Below, one piece after another: positions 14,222 to 57,855 of a stretch of 64,000 bases of DNA. The translations under genes were made by a program, and so were the position numbers. The notes beneath the pieces are model-generated. The model did no database searches, had not been told where the DNA came from, and saw nothing but the letters and a program-made list of their open reading frames with translations. This DNA is from Amoebidium appalachense. Lineage: Eukaryota; Protista; Ichthyosporea. The stretch is from the NCBI GenBank assembly GCA_963693365.1, contig CAVNZM010000006.1, positions 682,001-746,000 on the forward strand, given 5' to 3'. Numbering within the stretch: the first letter of the stretch is position 1; the number at the start of each line of letters is the position of its first letter.

Positions 14222-16204
14222 CTTCCCACACTCGTCCTGCACCACCGAGCATTAAAGCTGCCAAAAGTTCTAAGCCTTGACCATACGTGCCATATCACAA
14301 GTGTACACCTTCAATATTCTAATCCTTTTCAACCCCTCCTAATATGTAGAAGCTTTTCCACCGGACTTCACAAGTTCTTTTTGTGCACATGTGGAGCTGA
14401 CAGTTGGTGGCGCTCGGCCCACTGAAAAGCCTTTCACGCAGTCCCGCTAGATGTCATTTATTGAAACACCCCGGAACAATTTCGGATTAAAATTAAGTCC
14501 AAAGCCATCATTAGGATAGATTTTTTTTTAATTTTTGTAGCTATTTACATTGCTCGTATGATAGACGATTAGCAATCATGCAATTTTTCATTTGGCTAAG
14601 CCTTTCAAAAGCCTAAGAGTCTGAGGGGATTAGTGATAAGGAATGTAACAGTTTGAACTTCGAAGTCAATAATACCCACCACGCCATGCAAGTAGCTTTA
14701 TGTAAAACAAAAAAGGGTGGATTTTTTTTGAAGCCTAATTCGAATCATGTAGCACCCATATTGGGTTATAATTTGTGCCTTATGAGCACATAATGTCAGT
14801 TGACTCAGTTCTCCATGATCTGCCCGCATTCCTATTTGGTGTCCTCTAAGCCAATCAGCCCCGACCACGGGCACGCCGTCGACGTCAACTTGAAAGTCAC
14901 GACGCATCACTCGATTAGCTTTTTTTCAGCTGCCCAGACACCTGCCCGCCAGCTCATACGTCTGTATGTGCATGTGACTCAGTGAGGCCGACTCTTACCC
15001 AAGGCCTCCGAGAGATAAGAAGGCCTTTCCCTTCCTTTCAAGTTCCCCTCCCCTCCCCCTCCCCCTCCCCTCCCCCCCCCCCCCCCCCCCCCCCCCACAC
15101 ACACACCCCCGGCCACCCCACCCATGGCCAAGATCAAGATGTTTGGATGTTTTTTATAGGGGCTACCGGGGCCCGGGCAACTATATATTTGAGAAAACGC
15201 CAAATATATGACGGCACCTTTACTTGGATGCCGTCATTTTGGCTTTGGAAGGCTCTGATGTGTCCGTGTGCCTGCTGGGGGTTGGCCTACCTGTGTATGC
15301 GTGTTGCGTTCCCTACTGTGACGCACACGTAAATCAGTGCACGTGCCTGCGTGCACAGTACGTGTGCGTGTGGACATGCACCGGTGGTGCTGGTGCACCT
15401 CCTCTAGCTAGGGCCTATTGTAAGCCGCCTCCCTTGCAGCCGCCTCCTCATTTCAATCCCTCCTCCCCCTCCCCCCGTCTCGGGCTCTCTCTCCCTTCCG
15501 CTCTCTCGCTCTCTCTCTCCCTCTTTCTCTCTTCTCTCTCTCGCTCTCTCTCTCTCTCTCGCTCTCCCCCCCCCCCCCCCCCCCCCCCCCCCCTTTCTCT
15601 CTGTCTCTCTCTATTTCTTTCTCAATCTCTCCCCCCCCCCCCCCCCTCTCAGTCTTTTCAATGTGTTCCTCTTCCTCCGATTCCATCCCCTCCCCCTTCG
15701 CACCCTCAGAGTGGGCCAACTGCTGCTGTGATGAAGCATAGCTTTATGTATGACTATGGTTTTTTCGCAGCAGTGTGCATAGGTCCCTTGTGTGTGGGTG
15801 CGAGTATGGAGTATGGGTCTGGGTCACCGTCTGGAGGTCCGGCGAGGATGTATAAGCTGAGCGTGCGTGTGCATGTTGGGTTTGGATTTGTCTGGGCACA
15901 ATTAGTGACCACACGTTGATCACATGTGCACGCCGTGGACTGCACCTTGCTTGCTGTTTCACATATTTAACAGGGTGCTTTCATATGTAAGCTGCACATG
16001 AACAACAAGTCTCAGGCTGAACGTACCGAATATGGCCTTAGTAAATATCAATAAACACATACTGTTTACAACCACGACCCTTGGGATCATTCAGAAATTT
16101 GGGTGATAATACTTCCACCAGCCGAGACAATGTATGATGTCGCTGTGCGCTAACACCAGTCTGCATCAAGGCAGCCAAAACATGCACAAATAAACACAGA
16201 AACA

Positions 16205-18199
16205 TCAGCACACGGGTGCCGGGCCAGCAGCTTCCTCTTCTTCTGGTGCAGCAGCATGCACCGTGCTGGTAAAATTGAAAAGGTACTTGCCCAGCGTGGA
16301 CAGCCGTTGTCTGGAAAGGGGAAGCCGGGGGGCTGCCCTTGCTAAGTGAGGGGAGGTTGATGGGGAGATTTCTGGCGAGGAGCCCCCTTCCCCTTGCAGC
16401 TGTGTGGTACCGGATGCTTCCACCTGCGACATACTCCCACTGTCTGTGCGTGATGTTTTTCGCCGAGTGAAGGGGCTTGTCAGCATCGTAGCCAACCGTG
16501 CCCGAAAACCATTACCACCTGATTCGTGTGCGGGTGGTGTGGCTGCGGTGTCTACTGTGGTCTGTTGTGTGTCGGTCTGAGGGTTTACGGGCCTTGTGTC
16601 CGATGATTGCACCTCTGCTATGGCCCCTGCCTGTCTGTCCACTGCACTGGCCTTGCGCGTGCGTAGCTGCGCCCTGGGTGACTGGGAAGTCACTGTGGAC
16701 TCGCTGTTGCGCCTACCAAATAGCATCGACCGAGGCCGCTCAGGAGAGGCCGACAACTGTGCCTGGCTCATGTCAGCACCCACATTGACAGCCATGTCGG
16801 TAGTCAAAGGGTGTTCTTGCGCCTGCTCACTCTCGAGAGCATTAAGCTGGGTGGGGTCTGGCAGGCTGTTTTGGCTGGGCCGGGACTGTCTGTCGGTGTC
16901 GGTGGAGTCTTTGCGTCGTCTCGTTAGCGTCTGCAGGAAGCTGGCGCGTCGACTTTGCCTGGTGTTGGTTACACCGTCGAATGGTGACACACAGTGCTCC
17001 ATTGCACACGTGTCTCCTCCCGTGTCCTCATTGCCGTCCCCGTTTTCCGCTGCTCCGGGTGACCCCTGCCCTGTGCAACCCGCTTGCATTAAACGCGAGC
17101 TGCTCTGTTGCCTATTCGTATGAGGTGAAGCAGAGGAAGCCGATTCGTCGATGTTCGCATTGCCACATTCACACGGCCGACGCTTGCATGGTACTCCATC
17201 GGCTCCACAACTGCCTTTGGAGGCCACAGCACACAGGGAAACGTCTTCTGGTGCTGATGGGGACGGATTGACGTGCTCGGGGGGGTCCTGCCTCTCTATG
17301 GGGCCCCCAGCAAGGTCGAGCGTGAGGAAGCAGCCCTCGAGGGCAGGGGGCTCATAGGCCTCAATAACCGGGGCACGGTCACCAAAGGAGAGCAGGGCAG
17401 AAAGGTTGCTGAGTGAGTTTTTCCGCTGATGTTGTCGCCGAGTAGCACCACCGACACTTATGTCTGAGAGGCTGTGTGAGCGGGCGGCCGGTCTGGTCTC
17501 GTTGGTTTCCGTGCTGGCGCTGCTGGCGCGACGCTCAGACCCTCCGACGGACTCGACGCAGTTATTCAGTCCAACAGATGTGGCAACAGCCCTCTGGTGG
17601 CACAACCCCACTGTGTGTTGGAAGAGGGCCAGTACCTCTTCGTCCGCACAGTGCTTTGCAGAAATGGTCACATGGCCGCAACCCAACTGGGCGGCTAAGG
17701 CCTCTCCTTCGTCTGTGCAGCTGCGTGCCCACCCTCCAGCAAGCAGGTCCTGTTTGGTAGCCACCACCACAACAATTGCCCCCCCATCGTTGCCTGCCGT
17801 GTCAGAATCCGCACATAGGGGAAGCTGTAGAGTATGGATGATAGCCTTCAAGGACTCCAGAGAGCCTGCGTCGGTGGCCGAGTACAGCAGCACAAACACG
17901 TCACCTTTCTCCCGGTAGCTTTTGCAGAACATATCGAGCACCTTGGGGTTGCCGGCCGTATCGTATATCTGAGCATGGCAACGGTCGCTACCATCTAGCT
18001 CGAGCGTCTTCACATAGAGATCCTCTGTGGTGGGCAAATACACAGATGCAGGGGGTTGGGCAAGCAACCGTGCCACAAGGGTGGTCTTACCCACGCCTGC
18101 TGCCCCCGCCACCACTACATGGTAAGTGGGTGGGCGAGCACGGGTTAGGCGCCTATGCAGTGTGCCCTTGCTTAGTGATAGGCTCCTTGGTCTGCTCAT
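16205..18199 (-). CDS. Intronless Ras-superfamily small GTPase (Di-Ras/RERG/RASL-like domain) with ~450-aa Ser/Thr/Arg/Pro-rich C-terminal extension, 664 aa
   Basis: Single long ORF free of microsatellites. G1 VVVAGAAGVGKT, G2 YLPTTEDLY, G3 IYDTAGN, G4 VVVATKQD, G5 ISAK; ends ...GPAPVC*. Confidence 0.9.
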   Translation of the reverse strand: MSRPRSLSLSKGTLHRRLTRARPPTYHVVVAGAAGVGKTTLVARLLAQPPASVYLPTTEDLYVKTLELDGSDRCHAQIYDTAGNPKVLDMFCKSYREKGDVFVLLYSATDAGSLESLKAIIHTLQLPLCADSDTAGNDGGAIVVVVATKQDLLAGGWARSCTDEGEALAAQLGCGHVTISAKHCADEEVLALFQHTVGLCHQRAVATSVGLNNCVESVGGSERRASSASTETNETRPAARSHSLSDISVGGATRRQHQRKNSLSNLSALLSFGDRAPVIEAYEPPALEGCFLTLDLAGGPIERQDPPEHVNPSPSAPEDVSLCAVASKGSCGADGVPCKRRPCECGNANIDESASSASPHTNRQQSSSRLMQAGCTGQGSPGAAENGDGNEDTGGDTCAMEHCVSPFDGVTNTRQSRRASFLQTLTRRRKDSTDTDRQSRPSQNSLPDPTQLNALESEQAQEHPLTTDMAVNVGADMSQAQLSASPERPRSMLFGRRNSESTVTSQSPRAQLRTRKASAVDRQAGAIAEVQSSDTRPVNPQTDTQQTTVDTAATPPAHESGGNGFRARLATMLTSPFTRRKTSRTDSGSMSQVEASGTTQLQGEGGSSPEISPSTSPHLARAAPRLPLSRQRLSTLGKYLFNFTSTVHAAAPEEEEAAGPAPVC

Positions 18200-19244
18200 G
18201 GCTGTGCTTTAGCAACGTTCTGGCTGGCAACTAGGATGTTTAGGCCTATGTAAGGCGTGTCTAAAAAATCAAGTTGCTTTTGGCATGGTGCATGCACGCG
18301 TTGTGCACAGAATCTCAACAGGCTCAGCGACTCGAAGTCAGTTCGTAAATACGTCCGTCATCTACTATGCTGTGGGCTTGTAATCCCATGCACCCTAAAC
18401 TTCGCTTAAAAAAAAAGGGAAAAAAAAGAAGAAAGAAAAAAAAAAGGAAAGAATAAAAAAATGGTTCGCTATAAAAAACTTTGAAAACACCGTGCTCTTG
18501 CGTGTCACTCGTGCACGCAAAGAAAACCCTGCTATGATAGAGTATACCGATAGTCAGATACTCTTATGCCATGTGCACGCAGGCAGAGAAGTCCTAACGA
18601 TGCATGCGTGCGTGGCCATGGAACGGGGGCGCACGCCGCACGGGCGGCACCAGGTCCGAGTCACTGTGAATTTATATCACGGAAAATATTTTGATGACTG
18701 TGGTGAACCGCGCGATTGGTGGTGTGCGCACCAATAAGTCCCAGGGGTTGATATTCGACTCGGAGAGCGTGTCTGTTGAACGTGCGCCGTATAAATATTG
18801 CTCTTATTCCCACTTACGCTTTAACTATCCGCGATGTTTATTTTCCATGAATATTTTTTCTTGGTTCTGAAATGATAGCCCCTGGGTCAACTGAATTATC
18901 AACGGTTCGCAACCTACAAGCTAATTTCGCATTTTATTTCCAGCCCTTTATGCCAAATTACTATTGCCTCAACGTCATACTGATGAACATTCCATAATCA
19001 GAACATGAACCTACCATAACTACAGAGTAAGTAGGCACATAGACTAGGATGTAACTAGAAATGAATCAGCTTTAGTAAAATATATTTGCGATATTTATTA
19101 CCTAAATGACTACGTGTGCATATTAGTAATTTAGCTGTGCGTAATGGGAAGCTATCTCAGGAACAACCTGCGTGACTTCCCGAGTCAGCTGACAGGCAAC
19201 ATAGTGCTTATTTAGCCAATCAAGCCAGCGTAGGGGGGCAAAAA

Positions 19245-19254
19245 GGCGCCAAAA
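19245..19254 (-). promoter_or_regulatory. Candidate E2F site upstream of GINS3
   Basis: TTTTGGCGCC (reverse complement of ggcgccaaaa) ~400 bp upstream of the GINS3 ATG, with CCAAT at 19216-19220; matches the TTTSSCGC consensus. Confidence 0.4.
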
Positions 19255-19655
19255 TCATCCGCCTCGGAAACCGTTATTTCATGCAAGTGCAACCACCACG
19301 AGTCATATTCCTACTTTTTTTATTGTTTTATAAAACTTTATCGTGCTTTTTCGAAGCTACGTTTATACTATGTTGTACTGGCTCCGGCAGCAGGCTGAAA
19401 AACACAACAAAACAAGTCTAAACAGAATTTGAACGCGTTGTGAGATTTAAACGAGCTGGCAGACAGCAGGCGAGAGCCGCTGAGACACTTTCCGGTTAAC
19501 TGCCCAACCCACCACTTTCCTTTACCACCACTTACAGGCTCCTACGTAGATGTGACTTTCACACTAGTAACACGTCATTAAACTATACACGTTAGCAGGT
19601 ACACTGTTTCATTAGCAGCTCAGTTGCCCTCCTTATTCCCTCAGCGGACGCCATC

Positions 19656-25475
<5,820 letters not shown>

Positions 25476-26376
25476 TGGGGTGCGGGTGGATGAGGGGAAA
25501 CATAGAGTGAAAGGTGTAAGTGCCTGTCGCGTTGTGGCATGGCATGTGGCATGTATCAAATGCGTAGCTCTGATAATAGACGCAGGATGTGTGGTTGTGG
25601 CCGAGATGTAGCACACCTGAAAGGTTTTATACTTTGCTATTAACACACGTGCACACGCGCACACACGTGGACATGCAGGCACGCGCACACACGCCGCACA
25701 CACACACACACACACAATTGCAACACAATCACATACACCCCTACATTCCCTACATGTCACATTAGTTTTCATCTTGTTAGTTGGCCATACATGTCTTCAT
25801 ACAGTAGTACGTCATTCTCTGCGCCACACTTTTACTTACGAGGAGCATCGACTCACCTGTTATTGGAGTGGCTAAGACAGTGTAAGGGCCTCATCATGGC
25901 TTCACTTATGCACGTACGTATGGCCTTGAAATTTAAGATAAACAATGGTTGTTATGTGCAAGGCCGTTTGAGATTTTTTGTATATGACACTTGCAACAGT
26001 TGTTTCATGGATACCTAGTTTTCGAATTTTTTAAAGGATTAAAGATGCCGAGTGGTGCTCGCAAACCATGTCACAGACTGGCAAGCCCCCTTCCGATCTG
26101 CGCAACGGCGGGTGTGACGTCGCATGCATACGATTGTGAGCTTGGGAGGTTGCCCGTGGGTGGTGCTGGTACCCGGTGCATGCACCGTTTTCTGTTCTTT
26201 TTTTTTATTTTATTTTTTATTCTTTTTTGCCCCCCCCCCCCCTCCCCTCCGTGCCTGTGTGTGTTGCATGGGGTTCAGGGTGGGGGTGGGGGTGGGAGTG
26301 GGTGTTGTGTGGGGTGAATAAGTGGGTGGCCCATCATGTGTGGGGTGCGTGGGGTGCCAGCCACTGCTGGTGGTGT

Positions 26377-26410
<34 letters not shown>

Positions 26411-27088
26411 AGGTTACGGTGCTTGTCATGATCATTTGTTTAGCGTGGATATAGGCAAGTATGTGTAGAGTGGTATGGCTGCAATGGTGGTGGTCATATG
26501 CATGACCTGCTTAAGCTTTAGCATATGCACACGTGTATATTCATGGCCCCACAATCCAGATGACACCCATGCACTATGCAAACATCACACGGCTGCAGCA
26601 AAGGCTGCAGCACAACCCCACTCTAGACAGTGACATTTGCCATCTGCATTATCTCAGTGTCAGAAAATCGATCTGGATTTATAATTCTCCGGGGCCACCC
26701 CACCCAAATACAGCACTCCGAACACTTGGGTGGCTGGCACATGTCCACGTTCAGTGCATGCAAGATATGTATGGAGGGTTGAGTATGGCAATGTGTGTGT
26801 ATTACACCTTATATGCACCGGTATCGTACCACATGGCCTAAAAATAACACATCACGTGACTTTCGCTGTGTCTGATTGGTGTTGCTACCGGGCAGCCAGT
26901 GCCCGTGCATTCATTTTCGCATTCACCATCTATACCATATATGGCGCATTGTCTGCAGTGTACTTCCATATGAGGCAAGTGCAAATCTACTGCTGGGGTG
27001 TTGCAACATAGCAACCTCACTGTGCGCCCATGTGTATGTAGGTATACGTATGTGTTGATGACGGCGTAGCAGATGGGTGGGGCAACCA

Positions 27089-36656
<9,568 letters not shown>

Positions 36657-36970
36657 GGTGACGTGTACTCTTTCGCCAGTCCAGATAGCTGCGAGCTGAG
36701 ATCTAGCTTAGATTGTTTCAACGACAAAAGAAACTACTGCCCTTACCGAGACTACAGTGTAACACCTACTCACACCTGTTAAACCCAAAAATATCTTTCG
36801 ACCCCCTTCTATTCTTGTAATGTTTTCTTCTCGCCGTGTAGGGTCAACGACCAGCTGGGCATACATGAGTCGGCGCGCGCTTGAGAGGTAGAAGGTTGTA
36901 GGTTGGACGACCGTGACACTCTCGCTCTCTCAGCTCAAGTGCGACAGCGCGCGAGCCTTTTTCTGCAGAC

Positions 36971-36995
36971 TTCCCGCCAAAATTACGTGACGTCA
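36971..36995. promoter_or_regulatory. Candidate E2F site plus CRE upstream of ARP4
   Basis: ttcccgccaaa (36971-36981; TTTGGCGGGAA on minus) and TGACGTCA (36988-36995), ~320 bp upstream of the ATG. Confidence 0.45.
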
Positions 36996-37251
36996 TCATA
37001 CTTGGAAACCCGATCGATTCCGATCGGAACACGATCGCGATTCGAAATTTGGTGTGAGAGTGAAATAGTGTTCACATTTAGCCGTCGTGCATGCACATGT
37101 CCTTTGGACTTTCATGTTCCTTTATTGGGTGTAATGATCAACATTACGTGGTTACACCGGTAATTGAGCACTGGCAAATCATAGATTCTACGGCGATTAC
37201 ATCATTCATTCATTCAAATTTACTTTCATACCAATATTCGAGCCCCCCCCC

Positions 37252-37291
<40 letters not shown>

Positions 37292-37996
37292 ACCACCACC
37301 ACCACCACCACCACCACCACCACACACACACACACCACCACCACCACAATCACCACCCACCCACCCACCCACACACACACAAAAATAAGAAAAGAACAAA
37401 TCCGACTAACCAACCAACCACACCCACAAACACAATCACCCGTACATACACAAAAGAGAAGTGGTGATGATACAACAACAAACCTCCCAACCCTCCCCGT
37501 CACAAAACACGCACCACAGCAAAGGAGACATTACCGAAAAAGGGAAAGAAAACTATTGAAGCCGAATAGGGAAGAAGTTCCAAACGTCTTGAAGGATAAG
37601 ACCTATCGAAGAAAACCTGCAACTATGCATGTGAATAAAATGCGCAACTGAAATGGTCTCACTACTCCCCATATATTATCGTGTACAAAGGTGTGGCCCC
37701 CACCCACTTCATAAGTGTGTCGACACAAGTCCGAATCTACTATTGCCATCTCCGTGTGCTGTGCTTCCACAGCCAGAGCAGCCGATGTGTTCTTTAAATA
37801 ACCGTCTCTTACGGAGGAAGTACTTGAATCTACAACCACATAAACATTCTATAAGCTTGTTGCATGTGTAGAATGGTTGCGCATTGTTGGGTGTGTGGTG
37901 TGCGACAGGGAAAGAATGAGAAGCATAGCGGGGAGGGGAAGGAGGCCACGGTAGCAATACATGCCCCTAATAAAAAATTAGCACTGCAGTTTGCAC

Positions 37997-48025
<10,029 letters not shown>

Positions 48026-48592
48026 TCTACTGTTTGCACACACAGTGCCTCGCCTATGTGTTATGCTTATAGTGTGCAATAATGGGGGTATATACTAGTT
48101 GGTATACGTGTGCTCATTCATCTGCCTTCGAACACAGCCTAACAGGGGTGTTTGTGCTTTGCGTCAGCATCATCAGCTCGAGGTACTCAAAGTACTTCTG
48201 AGTGAGACTATGCACACGGCTTACTGTACATGTAGAGCACAAAAGCAGGTCACCCACTGAGTTTCAAACACGTGCACAAGACTCGGATGAGGATGTGCAG
48301 GATGTTTGCGCAAACAATAGCCATATATGGTTATGTAGCGGTTATTTATTGATGTAAACAAATACCAACCGGTTCCGCTGGCGGTTGTAGTCGACCCTTG
48401 CATCAAACACTTCTGTAACACCACCAACAAATGTATATGTGACATTGTTGACACGCAATGTATACGCGTTGAGCCAATGTTGCCACGGTGTTTATGGCCA
48501 GATGGCCTCAGTTCCGTAGCTGGGTTGGTGAGATGAACCTGAAGAAAGACTTCAGCTTTGATTCAGTGGTGCCCCCCTCCCCCCCCCTCGCC

Positions 48593-48627
<35 letters not shown>

Positions 48628-49021
48628 ACCCACCCCCTCGCCCCCCCTCACCTGTTCAGCAACCAACATCCCTTCCCCCCTCCAATTTTTATAATCCCCC
48701 CTCCCCCCTCCCCCCGGTCCAACAACATTTTGCTCAACCACAGGGCACCCCTACTCTTTGAAAGCCCTTCCCGTAAGACCTCCACTAACATCCCGAGCCA
48801 ACCTGCTTTCCCATTAGCAGTAATATTCAAAACACTAGCCCGGTCCGCAGTGCATCCACATCCGGATCGCTTCCGAAATCATGCAGTGTTCGGCTCATGT
48901 TGCGGCCACAGTCACCCAGACTGCATTGACGTTTCAGGACACATGTTATCTCACGGGCGAACACACACAGCGCACACAACACTATTCTAGCCCATGCAAG
49001 CCTACACACCGTGTGCATGCC

Positions 49022-49060
<39 letters not shown>

Positions 49061-50196
49061 AGTTTTCGACAGTATGACGTGGGCAGTGAACAGACGCACA
49101 CACACCATTCCCTCCCTTGCTTCCCCCCCTCCCCTCGTCCCTCCCTCCCTTCTCCCTCCTTTGCAGATGCACATGCAAGAAAAGTATGAACCGACTTTAA
49201 GTGATTGAAGGTATGCATAGACATATACATGGAGACACAGTCGAGGCTTCTCAAGGTTCCTTAAGTAACTGAAGTGAATGGCAGGACAGATTTTGGTATT
49301 GTGAATGTGTTGTGTTGTTGTGGCCATGAGCAAAATGCAACCAAATTAATGGGCTGGTATACAGAGGCAACGGTCTGTGTGCCCTGGTGTCTTTAGTAGC
49401 GTGCATGTGTAGGCTGGCTGGGGGCGAGGAAACCATACGCTCCTGTGCTTGTGTCATAGTGCGCACATGTAGGTAGGTATGGTTGGGGTACTGTGTGTAT
49501 GCACACACCTTGCAAAGCATGCCATATTGTGGACCCAAACTTCGAGAATTGATCGAACGATTTTAATTTATTGGAACGAATGTACTTGCTTGGTGTCATT
49601 CATTAGCGATCATAGCCTGAGAGTCACATGACCCCACTGAAGGTATGTATGGACATTCACGGATTTGAGTATTAGATCATTCCAGAAACGTCCAAATTTA
49701 GAAGATATTCCAGAAACGTCCAAATTTAGAAGAAAGTAATTGCACTGTGTGCACATAGACGAATAGCAGTACGACTAGCGTTGATGCGGAGACACATGCT
49801 GGGTCACGTGATGCCCACCCAAGAGCCAATTGAAAACAGTGTGTCTGCGGCAACACAACAAACTACATACACGTGAAACAGCATGCCCAATGAAAACCTG
49901 TGCCAGCACCATACGGGCATCTGTACATACATTGCCATAATCATTCGTCCTCCCCACCCATACTTCTAAGCAATGTATCACACACCTGGCCGTGCATGCA
50001 TGACATAGTTCTACCTTTAACTCATTCGACTGCATGTGTTCGCACTTCCTTTCCCTACCGTTTACACGATTTCATGCATATAAACAACAGCACATTGCGA
50101 ACCCATCTTAACTCCCTCCCCTCCCCTCCCCCTTCCTCTGCAACCGCATAGGTGGACACACACACACACAAACACACACACACAAACACACACACA

Positions 50197-50236
<40 letters not shown>

Positions 50237-50344
50237 CGTGCGCAATCCAAAAACGGACGAAAAGGAAAAGAAAAGGAGAAGAAATTCCTGAATAGAAACA
50301 TCAGGAGGAGCACGGTCATGCATGCACATGTATCCATGAAGGCA

Positions 50345-56354
<6,010 letters not shown>

Positions 56355-56972
56355 AATGACCTCTAGGGTTACCCCAAACCCTATGTGTAACTATTTCGAC
56401 TCGGAAAGTACCACGCTAAGGGAAGCTAAAAACTTCGACAGCACTCCCGAGATCTTCTTTGTGTTAAAGTAGGCTTTGTGAAGTAACCATTTCGGAAATG
56501 CCCACGCAACCCTTACGCCTGCCAGTTTTCGGTGGCTAAATACATCATACGCAAGCAGCTAGCGCAACATGCGGAACCTGGTCAGTCAGCTCGCAGAATC
56601 ATACATAAGGTGTGATGTTTGGATAGAAGCCTGTCTCGAAGGCTTTTGATGCGCTGACCTGATCGATATCAGCGAAAACTTTGCTCAAGGCTTTTCGCGC
56701 CAAAAGCAACTTGGGGCTCATAGGTTGGCCAATAAACAGCAGCTTAGAGCAGCCATATATAGCTATTGTGAGCTATTGCACAATTGCTGACGGTCTCCGA
56801 TCGCTCCGGCTACGGTGGCTCAGCTGCAGCCGCAAACTATAAGGAAAAAAAAAGAAAAGAAGCTTCACCAGTGACCCAGAAGTTTCAGTCAATTGGCAAA
56901 AGCATAGCTATACTAATAGAGTTATCTCATTTGGAAGTGTGTGCAAGTATTGGGTATCAAGCAAGAGTCAAC
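56355..56972. promoter_or_regulatory. Divergent (probably bidirectional) promoter between Tubby-like and IST1, with E2F-like site
   Basis: 618 bp between head-to-head ATGs, repeat-free; TTTTCGCGCCAAAA at 56692-56705 and CCAAT at ~56729. Confidence 0.55.
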
Positions 56973-57821
56973 ATGGGGCTATTTGGTAGTGGGCCGCAGT
57001 TTGACGCCACGAAACTGAAAACAAACCTGCGGGTGTGCTCGCAACGGCTGCAGGTGCTTCAGAAGAAAAAGGAGAGTCTGAACGTGCAGGCGAGGAAGGA
57101 GATAGCATCCTTGCTGGCACTAGGCAAGGATGACTCTGCGTGTATTAAGACCGAGCTGATAATTAGAGAGGACAACACTATAGAGGCCATGGAGATGCTG
57201 GATCTGTTTTGCAACACACTGCTGGCGAGGATAGGAATGATCACCCAGTTTATGTAAGTGCCTGCCAGGATTTCCGTTTCAAATTGGGGTGCTTGGCGCC
57301 AGTGGTGGCATTTAGTGGTTTTGGTGGGAGAGGGGGGGGAGGAAGGGGGGGGGGGGGGGGGGGGGGGAAGGGGGGGAAGGGGGTGGGGAGAGAGGGAGGG
57401 GGGTAAGGGAGGGTCTGAACGGGTGGCTGGATACGCAAGTTATTGTGGCTTGAATTCGTTACGTCTGTATGTCAACAAGAGAACTGCGTAGTTTTGCTTG
57501 CCTGAAAGTGAGAAAAACTGCACTGCCTGGCATGATTGCATAGTGACTGGCGCAGCTGCTTCGCTTAGATGTTGAGAACTTTTCATGTCTCTGGGGATAT
57601 GCACACACACACCCAACTGCCTTAACACAGCAGACCTATTGCTAGGTCTTGTCCCTTGTTTGTCGTGCTGATTCACAGGGTAGCCGGCTGTGTGCCACGC
57701 TGACGGCCCTCTGTGCAGGTACTGTGACGACAGCATACTGGAGCCTGTGGCCACCATCATGTGGGCAGCCCCCCGTATGCCCCAGGAGGCAAAAGAGTTG
57801 ATGCTGGTGCGTAAAAAAAAA

Positions 57822-57855
<34 letters not shown>

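Noticed and set aside
49679-49733. Two-copy 28-bp direct repeat
   Set aside because: Isolated local duplication in intergenic or UTR sequence with no further structure.
56784-56972. N-terminal extension of IST1 in the ORF track
   Set aside because: Starts at TTG; homology begins at the ATG at 56973 (MGLFGSG).
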